A stretch of DNA of 64,000 nucleotides from Ramazzottius varieornatus (Eukaryota; Animalia; Tardigrada). Each line of letters begins with the position of its first letter. Position 1 is the first letter of the stretch. Below, piece by piece: positions 23,894-35,010 of this stretch. A program made the position numbers and the translations under genes. Below the pieces are notes generated by a model that saw only the letters and a list, made by a program, of their open reading frames with translations, made no database searches and was not told where the DNA came from. Location: assembly GCA_001949185.1 (NCBI GenBank), contig BDGG01000001.1:4019624-4083623 (forward strand), given 5' to 3'.

Positions 23894-26414
23894 ATGGTTC
23901 TCTCAGACAGAGAGAAGTACCGGAAGCGGATGTATGACTGCGTCGTCACCAACGTTCTCCTCCACAAGTTGCTGACTGGCAATGAGATCGAGCAGTGTTG
24001 GTACAACGACCAAGCTCCCATGTTCCTCAGCGAAGCGCTGTACAAAGCTGAACTGAAAGACATCTTCGAATTTGCTCGCTTGTATCCCGATGAGCTTCGA
24101 TGCAGCACCGAGTCAGCTTCTTCACCTATTCATCTACCAAAAGGTCCATTTGATGTTGATGAGTTCTTCTTTCAGCTCTTACAGCGGAGGTGTGACGTTG
24201 CTGGCTGGTCCACGTCCGCCACAGCTGATCCTAGATAACCTTCAGCTGATTCGAACTACGCAGAGATTCAACAAGCCTAATCCCTACAATCCAGAGAAGG
24301 GCATCATGGGTAGAATGATTTCCTGGAAGTATAAGCTCGCCCAGGAGAAGTTCGGTAGCATCTACGCTGTCAAGAAGCCAGGAGATGCTGCAGCTGTTCC
24401 GGCTTCCAGACCGGCCACTGCCATGTCCGCGTCTGACTTCATCCTGGCGGGATCGAATTCGACTAGTTCGTTCTCTTCGAACAACACTCTTTATTCTTCA
24501 GCAGCCTTCTCTTCAGCAACGAGCGGCTCTCAGAACGCTGCCTCTGCCTTTGGCCGAAGCAATAGTTACAAGCCAGCGTCAAGCTTTGAGTAAGTCCGAT
24601 GACTTCCTTCTTCGAAATAAAACTGAATCACTTTCTCAGTATTCAAATCACTTTGAGCTGTGGTGTCTATGGTAATGAGGAAATTCTCTCTTGTAGTTTT
24701 CGAAAGGTGGGCCACCTGGAGGCTGTGGCGGCTGGTGCTTCTCAGTTTGGTGGAAGATCAGGGTAAGTTCATACTGCACTTCATTAACATCAGTCGCGAC
24801 GCCGGCGAAGGAATTCAGCCGATCATCTGCTCAAGTGGCGCACGCTGTCACCCAGCATCAGTGGAAACGTGCGCCACTAGAAATGCCGATCTGGGTGAGA
24901 TTATCTGCCGACTTCCCAGTCACGATGAAAATCACAGCAGTGCTAGAATTCATTACTAAGTTTGTCGGTATATTTTAGTTCTTCGATGTCGCGTAGCTCA
25001 AGTTTTGGTCGTCGTCGCTATTTCGGAAGCTGGGCGGGCTTGGTGGAATCGCAGCAAGATAGTACTCCTCCGTATGTACCGTATCGGATGAAATTCTGGC
25101 TTTTCCAGTTCGGTACCATTTAACACTTTATGTTGCTCATAGGCCACCCATCTTCTCTGTCCCTTCGGCGATTCGGGATAAGAATGAAATAGGTGAGGGA
25201 ATGACAAACCGGCAGTTTCTGGCTGCGGCGAATAGATTGGATAGATTGGCGAATAAATTAATACATTCTGTGATCTCAATCGAATTCTTCTTGATTTGGA
25301 ACAAACCTTAAGATTGTTATCGGATACTTCTGTGCAGCACTGACGTTTCATTGTAGTACCTCCACGTCGTGCACTGCCTCCGGAGCTGGCGGACGAGGAA
25401 GACGACGACAGTCCCGCTTTGACCCCGTGGGACGATGGCGGAAGCGACGATAGTGGCCATAATTACGCGGTGCCCGTTGGCAAGCGTCTCATCGGTTTCA
25501 ACCCGATCACGGCGACAACAGAGGCAGCCCCGAAGCTAGAAGAACAGAAGGAGAACAAACCCACGGAACCGGTAGCTGCGCCAAAAGTGGAAGAAGTGAA
25601 AACCGAAGTCCCGGAAGTAATCGATCTCATTCTTGAAAACCGAAGATGCTTAAAACCCGGAAATTCTCTTGAGAACGTAGAAGTATTTTTTTTCGAGCCG
25701 TTCAGTTTGTTTTGTTGTAGCCGGTGCCCACAGAAGCTGTCAAGGTGGAGATCGCTCGGCCACTCTCCGAGACATTACCGCCACCTCGGAAGCGCTTCAT
25801 GTTCGGCGCTCCGAAGTCCATGCACACTACTTCGGACTTGCTAAAGCTGAACGCCGCTCCTCCAGCTCCGTCAGCCGAACCTCAGAAAGCAACTGTTAGC
25901 CAGGTTGTGGACGAGCCGCGACTAGCCGGTATGGAGTCCACAGGAACTCAGTTCCCGGAACCTGCTGCCGTCGGATCCGAGTACAGCTGTGGCGTTTCGT
26001 CCCTGTACTTGCGTGAGTTGTTCACCTTGTTCCTTCTTTTCCTAGTACAGCGATGGCTCTGATTCGGTCTTATAACATTGGTTCTTCAAGTTGCAGATCG
26101 ACTCCGATGGTATCGCCAGCGAAGAGGAGAAACGGTGTAAAAGCTCGTTTGGACATGTTCGGTCAGTCAAAATAGCCTTGATTTCAGTCGCACGAATACT
26201 TGAGTCTTTGGAAAGCAGCATTCGGTACGGGATATATGATTTTTACGGTTCTTTTACGCATTCCTTCCGTGTATCTTCTTTTGATAGCACCCAAACTCTT
26301 CTTCCATACCTGACGCGTTGGCTGCCATTCTTCTCGGATATTGCTAGCGAGAGACAACAGCTTTACGAGCCCTATGAAAAGCCATTTCAAAAGCCCTTTA
26401 AGCAGGAGCCATGA
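23894..26414 (+). CDS. Multi-exon protein with putative N-terminal LOTUS/OST-HTH-like domain and long low-complexity tail; 3' end uncertain
   Basis: Exons chain in phase through GT-AG introns (approximately 24111-24184, 24590-24695, 24762-24978, 25072-25143, 25193-25357 and onward), linking ORFs 23786-24238, 24072-24593, 25419-25844 and 25724-26062 into one gene. The N-terminal pattern VVTNVLLHKLLTGNEIEQCW...LYKAELKDIFEFARLYPDELRC...LDNLQLIRTTQR resembles an extended LOTUS domain. Confidence 0.55.
24790..24922. repeat. Palindromic dispersed element copy (intron of LOTUS-like gene)
   Basis: caagtggcgcac (24832-24843), 25-nt spacer, gtgcgccactag (24869-24880); flanking gatc/gatc and gccggcgaa/tctgccgacttccc arms. 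Confidence 0.9.
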
Positions 26415-27165
26415 TTTTTAACATCATATGTACGGGATTGATAGTGTATTGCAGTATGTGGGACAAAAATTCAGCACATACTCTGGAAGGCGACGGATGT
26501 ACGTTGACTCAGATTTGACTTCCTGGTTGAACCCGCGACGGAATCGAGCAATGACAGGTCCTCCGCTGAAACTGATTTCTAGCGTGATTCACTAATAAAA
26601 CAGATGGGGAGATAATTAGACTTTTTTGGCGGAAGGTGTGAGTTGCTCATACAATGCGAGGGAAAGTTACCTAAGATTCGGAGGATGGCGTAACTGTGAG
26701 GTGTTGATCAGCATGACGGATTTTGCTTCGAAGGCCACAAACGATGCCAGTTTCGCAACTCCCTGCGGCAAGAGCAATTTGTAGCAGAACAGAAGTCTCT
26801 TGGCGGTACAGGAGAGACTAACGTTATACTTCTGTCAGTTCAACAGGTAGATTAGTCGGAAGGAGACACTGATCATACGGCGCTTCCTTGCCTTCGTCAG
26901 TTGTTTTCTTATGCAATCCTTCAACCAAACAATTGTCACACCGTAAAGCGCTAGTAAAGTCATACAGAAACTGCCGTGAACCTCTCCAGTGCCAGATAGA
27001 TTACAAAATTCTTTCCGGATGGCGCTTTTTGATTAAAAACCTAACGACAGTAAACTTGAGAGCGTAGTCGTTTATTTCTTACTTCGCGATATTTTCCACC
27101 GTATCGCAAAGTAACAAAACCGATCAGTAGAAATTCACATAGAACTTTTCCCTTGATTGACCGTC

Positions 27166-29110
27166 ATGTCGCGTTCGACGATCGCATGGTCGATATTTTT
27201 CCTGGTCGGGCAAACTGTGATAGCCGATGACGGCGATGATACTTTCGTATGGAATTCTATCTCTTCTTCCAACACGAATCCTTCATCTGGAACTGAAATG
27301 AAGTCGGCAGTCCTTACTGGGCGTACTTCCTCATTCACACCTACAAACTTTTCCGCCGTCCGATCGAGGTCTTTGGTTCCTGAACGTAAGCCCAACGATC
27401 GCTCGTTGTTGACCGATCTTATTGGCCAGCTGGGTCTCGGATCATCTCAGACGTCACTGGAGAACAACGTTCTGAACATTCAGAGTAGCAACACCAAGTT
27501 CTCCAGCACCAACTTTGGTGGTGGTAATCAGGGTTTCATCAATAACGGACCGGGTATCTTCGACGGACCTCCACCACCTGTGGCGCCACCTGTCAATCAA
27601 GGATTTATTTCCGGTCCCAATCAAGGCTTTGTATCGGGTGGTCCGCCACCACACCCAGTCGCGCCTGGTCAGTTTCTCGATACCCTGGCTCCTCTGCCTA
27701 TTCCTGCCGGCTGCGAGTGTGCTCAGCCTGGTGATTGTCGAACTGTGGGACAGTTTGCTCGGACTATCAAGAGGATGAACCAGAACTTTTGCATGATTGG
27801 AAGTGTACTGTGCTGCTCGGATCCTCGTGGACCTGTCGGTATCGGAGGAGGCCGCCCACTGCCACCACCGCCACCAGGTATGCACCTTTCTCCTCGGCTA
27901 TGTATCTGTTAATTCCTAATGGAAACATCTGGCAACCCTAACTTAATCTCACTGTGTTACATAAACAGTAAACGGTGGATTCATTTCCGGCCCAGGAACA
28001 GGTGGACCAATAATCGGCGGGCCGATTGGCAGACCAGCAGGGGGTGGTCCCATCATTGGAGGACCCATCGGAGGTGGTCCCATCATTGGAGGACCTATCG
28101 GAGGTGGTCCTATCATTGGCGGAGGAGCTCCTTTCCTATCCCCACCGCAGTGTGGCCGAAAGGGCGGGAACCCGCTGGCCAGAACCCTGGATGCCGAGAA
28201 CCCGATAGATGCGGCAGAGTTCGGCGAGTACCCATGGATGGCGGCAGTTTTGCGTCTGGACTTGACCTACCTGTGTGGAGCTGCTTTGATCGATATTAAC
28301 ATTGTCGTTACTGCTGCTCACTGCGTGGCAAGGTATGTAAAGTGCAACAGCCCAAAACTTTGGTTTGGTGAAACATGGGCTTGGTTTTGCAGGATGAAGG
28401 GCCAAGAACTGATCGTTCGACTGGGAGAGTACGATGTGGAAGAGTTGCAAGAACAACCCTTCCAGGATGTGCATGTTAGGGATGTGATTATCCATGGTGG
28501 CTATCATAGTGGTACTCTCCGCAACGACATCGCTGTCCTCATCCTCGGCGTTCCTGCCCGTCTGAACGCGTATATCAAACCAGTGTGCCTCCCACCTCCA
28601 CAGGATATGTCGGGACTGATTTGCACTGTTACGGGATGGGGAAGAAACGGACCACGTAAGTGCTGCAATTCAATATAGGAATGCCAAAAGTTTTCAACGA
28701 GTCTGTTCTTAGGAGGACATTTTTCGAGCATCTTGAAAGAAGTCGACCTGCCCATCATCGATAACGGACGCTGTGAGAACCTTCTGAGAAGCGCGCCGGA
28801 GCTTGGTCCAGTCTTCAACCTTCATCCTAGCATGTTGTGCGCGGGTCTCCCTGGGAAGGATGCATGCAGTGTAAGTCTCAAAATTCTGCCACCTGACTGT
28901 CAACCTGGCAATAAATAGCAGCTCTTTGAATATCCTGAGTTTGTTCAGGGGGATGGTGGAAGCCCGCTGGTGTGTAACGTGGATGGAGCTTGGAGACTGG
29001 CCGGCCTGGTTTCCTGGGGTATCGGATGCGGCCAGTTCCCCGGTGTGTACACTCGCGTGCAAGCCTTTGTTCCATGGATCGCCGACGTGACGTCACAGAT
29101 ACGCGGCTAA
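27166..29110 (+). CDS. Clip-domain serine protease homolog (PPAF2/masquerade-like, catalytically inactive), 5 exons
   Basis: Signal peptide; clip domain CECAQPGDC...C...LCC; CGRK...[12 protein letters not shown]; TAAHC (His) and NDIA (Asp) retained; GKDACS|GDGGSP has Gly in place of the catalytic Ser; [17 protein letters not shown]; stop at 29108-29110. Confidence 0.92.
28040..28126 (+). repeat. Coding 30-bp tandem repeat ([10 protein letters not shown]) x ~3
   Basis: Unit ggaggtggtcccatcattggaggacccatc repeated with synonymous changes; a fourth, degenerate unit lies near 28001. Confidence 0.9.
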
Positions 29111-29558
29111 ACCTTGCGGCCTACTCAATCGATTGGCTGACTCAATTTGATATCTTGCTCTCCATTTTTGCGGCGCTTTATATTCCCTCACAGTTAGTTG
29201 TCGTGCCTGGTGCACAAGTACGAAAGTAAAGCTTGAGAACTAGTCTTCTAGACGGTTGTACTGCACAGTACTGAATAGTGATGCTAAGAAAAAGGAAAGA
29301 AAGCTGGAGAATTGTGTCGGCGCCAATAAGCATGAGAAGCAAGTCATGAACAGACACACTTGAGAAGGTAGGATGGGTACATTTTGACTGAAGAATGCGA
29401 GCGAGTTTCAGAGAAGAAAAAGCAGTGCCCGTTGCTGGGTCTTCGCATGCAAGTACTCAACCGGCATCCGGGACGAACGATAGCCGACTGGAAGGGGCTA
29501 AAACTCTTCCGGTCATTCGAACTGGTGTTGTAGACCACTTGTTCCTCACCTTGATAGT

Positions 29559-29965
29559 TTAACCGCTCAAACAAAACACCGCATATCCTGGTCGTACTCG
29601 AAGTCGATCGCCAGTCCGCGTCACCTGTGGAGAAAAGCACAACACATTGCGACCTTCTTCGATATAAGGCTTTTCACTTCGTAGCGGACCTCCCACCGGC
29701 AACTATCATCTATACCACAGTTTACAATTAGGCGGTTTCTGACTGAGAGTTCCTTACCGTCGCTCCGTATGGCAGCAGAAGTGGTTTCGTTCTTTCGACT
29801 GACAGGTGCACTTCCGGTCCTTGCTGGGCTCCATGTCCAGGGCGATCGCACAGTGTTCGGACGTCGAAGAGTGAGGAAGGGGATCGAATACAATGCATCA
29901 GTCATGGGGCAATAGCAGAATGCGATGAGACATATCAAGAGTATTCCCGTAAATTGGCGGTCCAT
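29559..29965 (-). CDS. Small secreted orphan protein (~113 aa, 2 coding exons)
   Basis: Signal peptide MDRQFTGILLICLIAFCYCPMTDA. Exon 29965-29690 splices through a 65-bp GT-AG intron to exon 29624-29559 (VTRTGDRLRVRPGYAVFCLSG*). Confidence 0.6.
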
Positions 29966-30556
29966 TGTACCTGTCGTCGAGCTGGAATAAGAAAACTGCA
30001 AAAAGTACACAAATACGGAAGCGAAATCACTGAGGAATGAAATAAACCAATCACACAGACTGTCTCACCAAAAACGCTGATCGTTCAAATGATCGGGAAT
30101 AGCACTGGTCGTGTAGTTTAGTTTACACGGCACCGAATTTTCGAACACTGTGACGCAAATACTTTGACCGGATGCTGGCTTGGGAAACACCGCTTCTTGT
30201 ATAGCATATTCGAAATTCCCGTCCGATGATTCACAAGGTGGAGCATGTGCAGCCGATGTTTCATACGCTAGCTATGGGAGAACGGAATATTAAAACTGAC
30301 TTTCCGGCTGGAACATTCCTGGTTACTCCCATCGCAAGAACAGACAGCCCACATAGGAATGACCAGACGTCACGGTAGTCCGTGACAAAAGGTATAAATA
30401 GCAAACCTTGGGCTAAAAAAGGCGTTCCATCAGTACCACACAGCTGCACTTATTTTATTCTTTTATCCATTATGCATAAGATTCCGGCAAGTTCAGAGCA
30501 ATGGTAGGAGTAAAGTATAAAATGTCCTAAAATTGTACAAGGCAAGATTGTTTCGA

Positions 30557-33500
30557 TCAAGAGCGAGCCATTTCGAAATACCGATGACGTTCATCCAGAT
30601 TCAAAGAATGTGGCATACCAGAATGTACGTCAAGGCCTGTATTTTGTATATGAGAATTAGTACCAGGTACAGTCTGATTGACGAAAGAAGCTGTATGTTG
30701 CTCCTGTTGAAATGTATAATTAACCGAGAAGCGTCTTTGCGTAGGCGTTCTTCCCGAATGCGTAGTACTGGATACCTCATAGCTATCCGGAGACCCTTCC
30801 GTCAAAGGCCGCGGGTTGAAGCCCGAGGCAACGTCTACCTGTAAACTGCCCCTTCTTTGCCTTCCTTGCTGTTGCGGTTGTGCCGTCATGAAGTTCGTGG
30901 TTCCTTGTGGAGAAACTTGAGGAAGGCTAGGGTTGCTTTGGTGGTTTACAGGAAGACTACCATAAGCGTAGGAAGAGCGGCGTTGCGGCTGTTGTTGAGC
31001 AAAGTAAGGGTGCTGAGCAGAAGACTGGCTAAACTCAGAGACTGCGCATGCCGTGTAGTTTTCATCGTAATTAGGGTGGATGACAGGCAGGTCTGTATCG
31101 TCATCCGAGCAGTCTTCGGGGTTGCTCTCGCGTTGCAGACGCGCCTTCTCGGCCACCTGGTTCAGGTATCGGACCATGTCATCGGGTATCAAGACGTTTT
31201 CTTGTTCATCCAATACCATCTGGTCATTGTGCGCTTCTTCTGTGAGGTTGGTGAAACCTTAAGGTCAATACAAGGGTCTCAGTTTAAATTCCAAGACTTT
31301 TAATATTTGATTTTGTTTTTCAATTTCTGTTAATTTGTCGTTACCGTTGTTAGTGGACTGCGGTCTTCCCATACACAAGCTGGTGTGTCGCTGGAGGTTT
31401 CGTCGAGTCAGAGGCTGGACCCTTTGTCCAACCTGTTGCTGTTGGCTCATCAAACCAACAGGTTCACTGGCTCTGCGCATACCGTGATACTGTGGCGTCG
31501 CCGATGGAGGAGGCGGCGGTGCTTGAGGCTGGGGAACCGGGGTTTGCTGCCACCTTCCTGCCTGGCGCATCTGCATCTTTTGCTGGTAACCTGAAGCACA
31601 ATTTATCTTAGTAAATACTTACGGCGTAGCTCTGACTTTTCAACGGTGACTTGCCTGTCATGGAGAGAGCCAAGCCAGGTTCGCTTGATCGTCGCGAGCT
31701 TCCCACGGAGATGGGGTCGTAAGGAGGACTTTGTTGGCTGTCGTTGTAGTTGACCACCGAAGTTGTACTGACTCGACGGCTTGGATTCGCCGACATCGTG
31801 CGACTGTCTGATGGGATGCTGGAGTAGTATGTCGAGACACTGGCGTTACTGCCGCGTCGGTCTTGCGTAGTGGGGACAAAGTACTGCTCGCGAGGTTCCA
31901 TCATGGTCCGCATCTCGTTGAAACGCTGACTCAACTCCGACATGTTGACCGGACCAACAGGCTGCAAAAAGAAACAAATTTTGACCAATTTGACTTTCGA
32001 ATTGTGACTAAAACTATCGAATAATAATATATCTACGGAAAATTAAGTTGGGTTACCTGTTGGGATATGGTTTCAGAAGAGCCGTAACGGTCAGGGATAG
32101 CTTGCTGAGGTGGCGCCATGAGGATCGGGGGCTTCATGGGACACGCGGGTCCGCTGAGTGGTTGGCGCATGACTCGAGAAGCAGTCTGGACTCCGTAAGC
32201 TTCCGGTCCGTAAATGGCGTTATGGAGAACAGTGGGAAGCTCTTCCGGTTCCGGGATGTCCATCTCGCTTTCTTCTTCGATCGGGTCGTTAGTTCGGCTG
32301 TTCGCCGTCATGTTAACCGGATCCCGTAGGTAGTAGTCGACACTTGAAGGACTGTCCAGCGGACAGTTGGAGAAAACGCTTGGCGGAAGAGAGTACGAAG
32401 GCGACATTTCCATCTTCTAGAAAGAAATCACTTAGTGAAGATTATCGCATATAGAAAGCTCTGAAAGAAAACGATGAAGCAAAAACAAGCGTAAAATCAT
32501 TTTGATTCCATGATATCGATACAAATAAAAACACTGGCTGCAGTACCTCTTGTTTGACATTGCCTCGTGGAGTTCCTGGTTCGCTACTTCCGGTTCCGGA
32601 TATGCCGCTATGAGACTCCTCACTTCGGCGCTGTTCCCCACCTTCTTCGTCGCGGTTCCGTCGGGGTACATCGTTACCTTTGTGCTTCTTGTTGTTGAAG
32701 TGTTCAGGACCATGGACTGTTTTAATGTGCTTCCTCAACGAACTAGGATCGGTATAGCGCTTTGTACACCCGGTCACCTTGCATAGGTACGGTTTCTGTA
32801 AAGCCACCGATTATACATGAGCCGAATATTCAAAAGATCATTCTTCCCACATTCCCATGAAAACACTTACCGCATTTGAATGAGTTCGATTCTGATGCTT
32901 CGCTCTGTCAGAGGCATTGCTGAAAGCTTTGGTACACCCAGGGAACTCACACATGTACGGACGTTCCCCAGTGTGACTTCTTTCGTGCGTCTTCAAATTC
33001 TCCAGACGTGAGTAAGCTTTTGAACAACCGGGAAACTGATAACGACAAGAAAAACAGCATTGGCACTCTTCCATGAGAAGAATAAGTTGGCAAAAGGCTT
33101 ATCCGAGGTATTTGGCAGCACACCTTGCAAACATGAGGTTTTTCCCCAGTATGGCGACGCATGTGCACGTTCAACATGTACTGTGCTTTGAACGGTTTTT
33201 CTTCTCGGCAGCAGTCCAACCACCGACAGATGTAGGCCTTCCGGTTGGACGGAACGTGCTCTTGATTCACATGCGCTACCAGCTCATTCTGTGTGGAGAA
33301 CTCTTGGTCACACCCAATCCAACGACAGTGAGTTTCCACAAAGGTGTCCTCTTCCATATCGTTCCTGTTAGAGGGATTGAAGTGACCTAAAAAAATGCCA
33401 CAATCACAATTTATTCTTCTCTTCATCTGTTATTTATTTCTGGTGAACGCTCACCTTCATCATCCTCGTCTTCGTCGGCCATGCTGGGTCGTGGTTCTTT

Positions 33501-35010
33501 CTTGACTCTGTCTTTCCGCCGCAATTCCGTGACGCTGCTCGACACGACTTCCATGCCATTGACTTCTCGCTTGTGGTTGTCTTTCTGAGAATCGTGGTGG
33601 TTCCCATCGTTCGATGTGGACCTGTTCATCCCATGGAACGTCTTGGACATTCCTGCTGGATGGAAGGCCGAAGACAACATTGCATTCTGCTGCATCTGCA
33701 TGTAGTGCTGGAGCCGCGCTGCCTCCATTGATGCTGCCATTGCCGGATTCATCCCTGCAGCCGGATAGAACATTAGACATCATGATTCGCATGCTGGTAA
33801 AATGTTTGAAGAGTCGGCAAAAAATCTCGACGAGACAGCTGGGCCGAGTGGCGCACACCTCCATTATTATTGGCTAGAAGTCACGCCACGGAAGAAAAGG
33901 TACTGCCGAGCTCCCATTTCGAAATCGACATTCGAGATTAGTACCTGACTGGAGAGCGGCAAAGAGAGCGTGATTACTAGCTGAGCTTGAGCTTCGAGAA
34001 TTTCCTCCACCGGAGATCAGTGAGTTTGGGGACATTCTCATGGCGGCGCTGATGTCGTAGTCTTGACCTATGGGATAGGGAGAAATGGAGAGGGCTCGTT
34101 TGCGTCCCATGCGACTGAGCGGATTAGGACGCGGGGTGGCCAATCCCGATACTAATGACACAACAAAAGTTTTGTGTATTTGGTCTAATATATTTCCTGC
34201 TCGGAAGAATAAGCAAATTAGCAGAAGTTACCGTCAGTGCCGAAAGGCAGCCCAAGATTGGGCGATGTGCCGGCCAGGACATCATTGGCTGTTCCGACGG
34301 ACAGAGCAGCAGCTTGACGGAGGTAGTCTTGCGACAGCGGCGCTACAGGTGAGAAAAGAAAAGAAGGCTGATGGAAATCATCTCGATCGGCGATTATTAG
34401 CCAGAGAAGCGGAAGAATTCAGGTGAACGTACCTCGGCCATCAATGGACAACCCACGGAGCGAATTGGCCTGCTGTAGTCGGTACATTTGCTCATAAAGA
34501 CTCAAGCCGTATGCCGGGTGCATTGCCGAACGCCCAAGATCCGGAGGTAACCTTCCGAAGAGCGATTCTCCGAAGATTGGACTACTACTAATCAGACAGA
34601 ACGTTAGCATGTAGTGAGACCCGAAAAATCGTTATCACGTTGATTTCCATTTTCTTCTGGGGCGCTTACGGCACCACCTTTCAACATGCTGACTTAGAAA
34701 ATGTTTCCAAGATAGCAGGCCTACCTTTGTCCGGCTAGTGCCATCCACCTGTTGGCTTCCCAGTTATAGCGCACAGCTTCCGCAGTGCGCGCGTCAAGTC
34801 CAAAGGGTGGGGCGAAGGAAGGTCCGCCGCCGGGTATTTGATAGGGAAAGCCTGGAAAGCAAGTGATAATGAAATAAAGTATTTGAAATAATTTTGTCGC
34901 AGAGTCGATAGAAGCAAGCAGCTCTGTTCGGTGGGATGTCGTGGGAACCGATGGAATCGGACAAAGAAGTACCCACCGTACGGCGAACCCGGTCCGCCAG
35001 TCCCCGCCAT
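30557..35010 (-). CDS. ci: Gli/Cubitus interruptus zinc-finger transcription factor (Hedgehog pathway), 13 coding exons
   Basis: Five Gli-type C2H2 fingers ([72 protein letters not shown]); [15 protein letters not shown]; PKA/CK1/GSK3 cluster ([24 protein letters not shown]); [10 protein letters not shown]. Exons: 35010-34977, 34851-34725, 34587-34433, 34342-34232, 34151-33945, 33754-33455, 33386-33124, 33035-32871, 32795-32547, 32416-32057, 31961-31655, 31590-31345, 31257-30557. Confidence 0.97.
33808..33918. repeat. Palindromic dispersed element copy (intron of ci)
   Basis: cgagtggcgcac (33845-33856), 24-nt spacer, tcacgccacgga (33881-33892); arms gagtcggcaaa and tgccgagctccc. Confidence 0.75.

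Noticed and set aside
27454-27885. Antisense ORFs over Gly/Pro-rich coding sequence (similar shadows over ci, CXXC1 and the WD40 gene)
   Set aside because: Shadow ORFs produced by codon bias of the real genes on the opposite strand.
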